A stretch of DNA of 58,659 nt from positions 1 through 58,659 of IMG/VR virus record IMGVR_UViG_3300006864_000001. The stretch is one strand, 5' to 3'. Positions 57,669-58,659 of this stretch are shown piece after piece. This stretch comes from a virus. Every line of letters begins with the position of its first letter. Within the stretch, counting starts at the first letter, position 1. The notes under the pieces were generated by a model. It saw nothing but the letters and a program-made list of their open reading frames with translations. It was not told the origin of the DNA and ran no database searches. The translations under genes and the position numbers were made by a program.

Positions 57669-58659
57669 TCATGCGGCAGATCGAAGGTATTCGGTTTGAT
57701 TGAAGTTCCGTTTAGCACAGAGTGACTTCCAGATAGCCACATCAATCATCGCCGAACTTCTAATCACGTAGTACTTCAAATCTGTGAACGATGTATTTAG
57801 GCGATCAGTTCGTCCTTTCGCTTGCTCGAACATTCTGTAAGAGTACGTCAGCGAATAGAAAACCATCGCGTCCGTCTCAATGCAATTCCAGCCCTCTGCC
57901 CCTGAGGCGTATTGTACTAGATACACCCACTCAAGCTGATCGGGAATCGGCTCATGCTTGTGCCCGTTCCATTCGCCGATGTGCGTATCAAGCTGCCTGA
58001 GTATCTCGAGTTCGTAGTCGTAGTTGTAGAAGATGATCAACCTAGGATGCTTGATCATCAGATCCCGAATCGCCAAGATTCTGCTAAGATCGCTATTGAC
58101 GATCCTCCGCATCAAGGCGAACAATTCGCTCACATGCCGGATCGGTCGATTCTCGAACGGATTCCATCGTCTTCGCCAGACAGTGTCAAAAAGCTCTCTG
58201 TCGTATTCCGCGAAAACGTCCACAGTATGCCGGGTCGTGTGTTTCTGGAACGGCATCTCCACAAGAATACTGCGGAGTTCCCGTACAAGCCGCTCCGTCC
58301 CAACATACCGATCCACTTTCGGGTACTTTGCGAAACGCGAGAAAACGACATGCTCGCGCAAGAACTCGGTTCTGTTCTTGTAGAACCCGTTTGCGATGAA
58401 GACTGGAATATAGTCGAGCCAGGTGTCCCCAGGTGTAGCACTCAAGAGCACCCACTGATTCTTCTTGACTATCTTCAGGAACGCCTGTACCCATACGCCC
58501 GATCCCACCACTCTCTGCTCGTCGAAGATGAAGAACGCATTCTCAACGTCCTCATACTCACCCAGATTGTTCCAGCTGTCCACCTCCGGAAATATCGCTA
58601 GCAGTCTTGCCTCGGCCTGCCAGTCACCACTATCCCGCTTCTTTGCTGTAGTGATGACA
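57669..58659 (-). CDS. SF2 (SNF2/DEAD-like) helicase, 3' part (frame open at the window end; continues at 263..1)
   Basis: ORF 57669..58583 extends without a stop to 58659. Motif II FIFDEQRVVG, C-terminal lobe YASGAEGWN, motif VI QAKGRTDR. Confidence 0.85.
   Translation of the reverse strand, partial: VITTAKKRDSGDWQAEARLLAIFPEVDSWNNLGEYEDVENAFFIFDEQRVVGSGVWVQAFLKIVKKNQWVLLSATPGDTWLDYIPVFIANGFYKNRTEFLREHVVFSRFAKYPKVDRYVGTERLVRELRSILVEMPFQKHTTRHTVDVFAEYDRELFDTVWRRRWNPFENRPIRHVSELFALMRRIVNSDLSRILAIRDLMIKHPRLIIFYNYDYELEILRQLDTHIGEWNGHKHEPIPDQLEWVYLVQYASGAEGWNCIETDAMVFYSLTYSYRMFEQAKGRTDRLNTSFTDLKYYVIRSSAMIDVAIWKSLCAKRNFNQTEYLRSAA
58537..58659. repeat. Direct terminal repeat copy 2
   Basis: Identical to nt 1-123. 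Confidence 0.95.

Noticed and set aside
1-58659. A lysogeny module (integrase, CI/Cro-like repressor pair, excisionase)
   Set aside because: I found no tyrosine or serine recombinase motifs and no divergent repressor pair. The near-complete single-strand gene orientation argues for a virulent lifestyle, although small HTH proteins among the unknown genes cannot be excluded.

Overview
The window is a complete genome of a tailed dsDNA phage with a siphovirus-type virion module, assembled as a circle. The first 123 nt recur verbatim as the last 123 nt, so the unique length is 58,536 bp, and an SF2 helicase gene is split by the window boundary. About 100 genes are tightly packed, with many ATGA/GTGA start-stop overlaps and AGGAG-type RBSs. 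All but one lie on the minus strand.

Gene order in the direction of transcription (high to low coordinates), starting at the only large non-coding region (57243-57668):
- An early operon with two PD-(D/E)xK nucleases and an 892-aa protein that I read as a YonO/RdRP-like two-barrel single-subunit RNA polymerase carrying fused HTH domains.
- A hairpin-rich non-coding stretch containing the only plus-strand gene.
- Packaging and head genes: HNH, amidase endolysin, TerL, portal, and a protease-capsid fusion.
- Tail genes: three tube-protein paralogues, a collar-domain fibre, the tape measure, Dit, a Gp37-like protein and an FN3 protein.
- A holin, followed by a cluster of five copies of a 29-nt promoter-like motif that drive small membrane-protein genes. 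Two further copies lie elsewhere.
- Middle genes with several paralogue pairs.
- A 1238-aa replicase that fuses an SF3 helicase, an AEP primase and a PolB polymerase.
- A visibly GC-richer island with a membrane GT2 glycan-synthase module and two receptor-binding proteins that share an N-terminal anchor.
- An SSB-like gene, about 25 small genes including an 80-aa paralogue family, and the helicase.

I recognised no integrase, repressor, tRNA or CRISPR array. The host is probably Gram-positive (amidase_2 endolysin, Dp-1-type holin, no spanins seen).

CDS coordinates follow the ORF track, with starts refined by RBS and codon arithmetic. Genes under 60 aa and DNA motifs were located by eye and may be off by 1-2 nt. 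All family assignments come from remembered motifs, not from searches.
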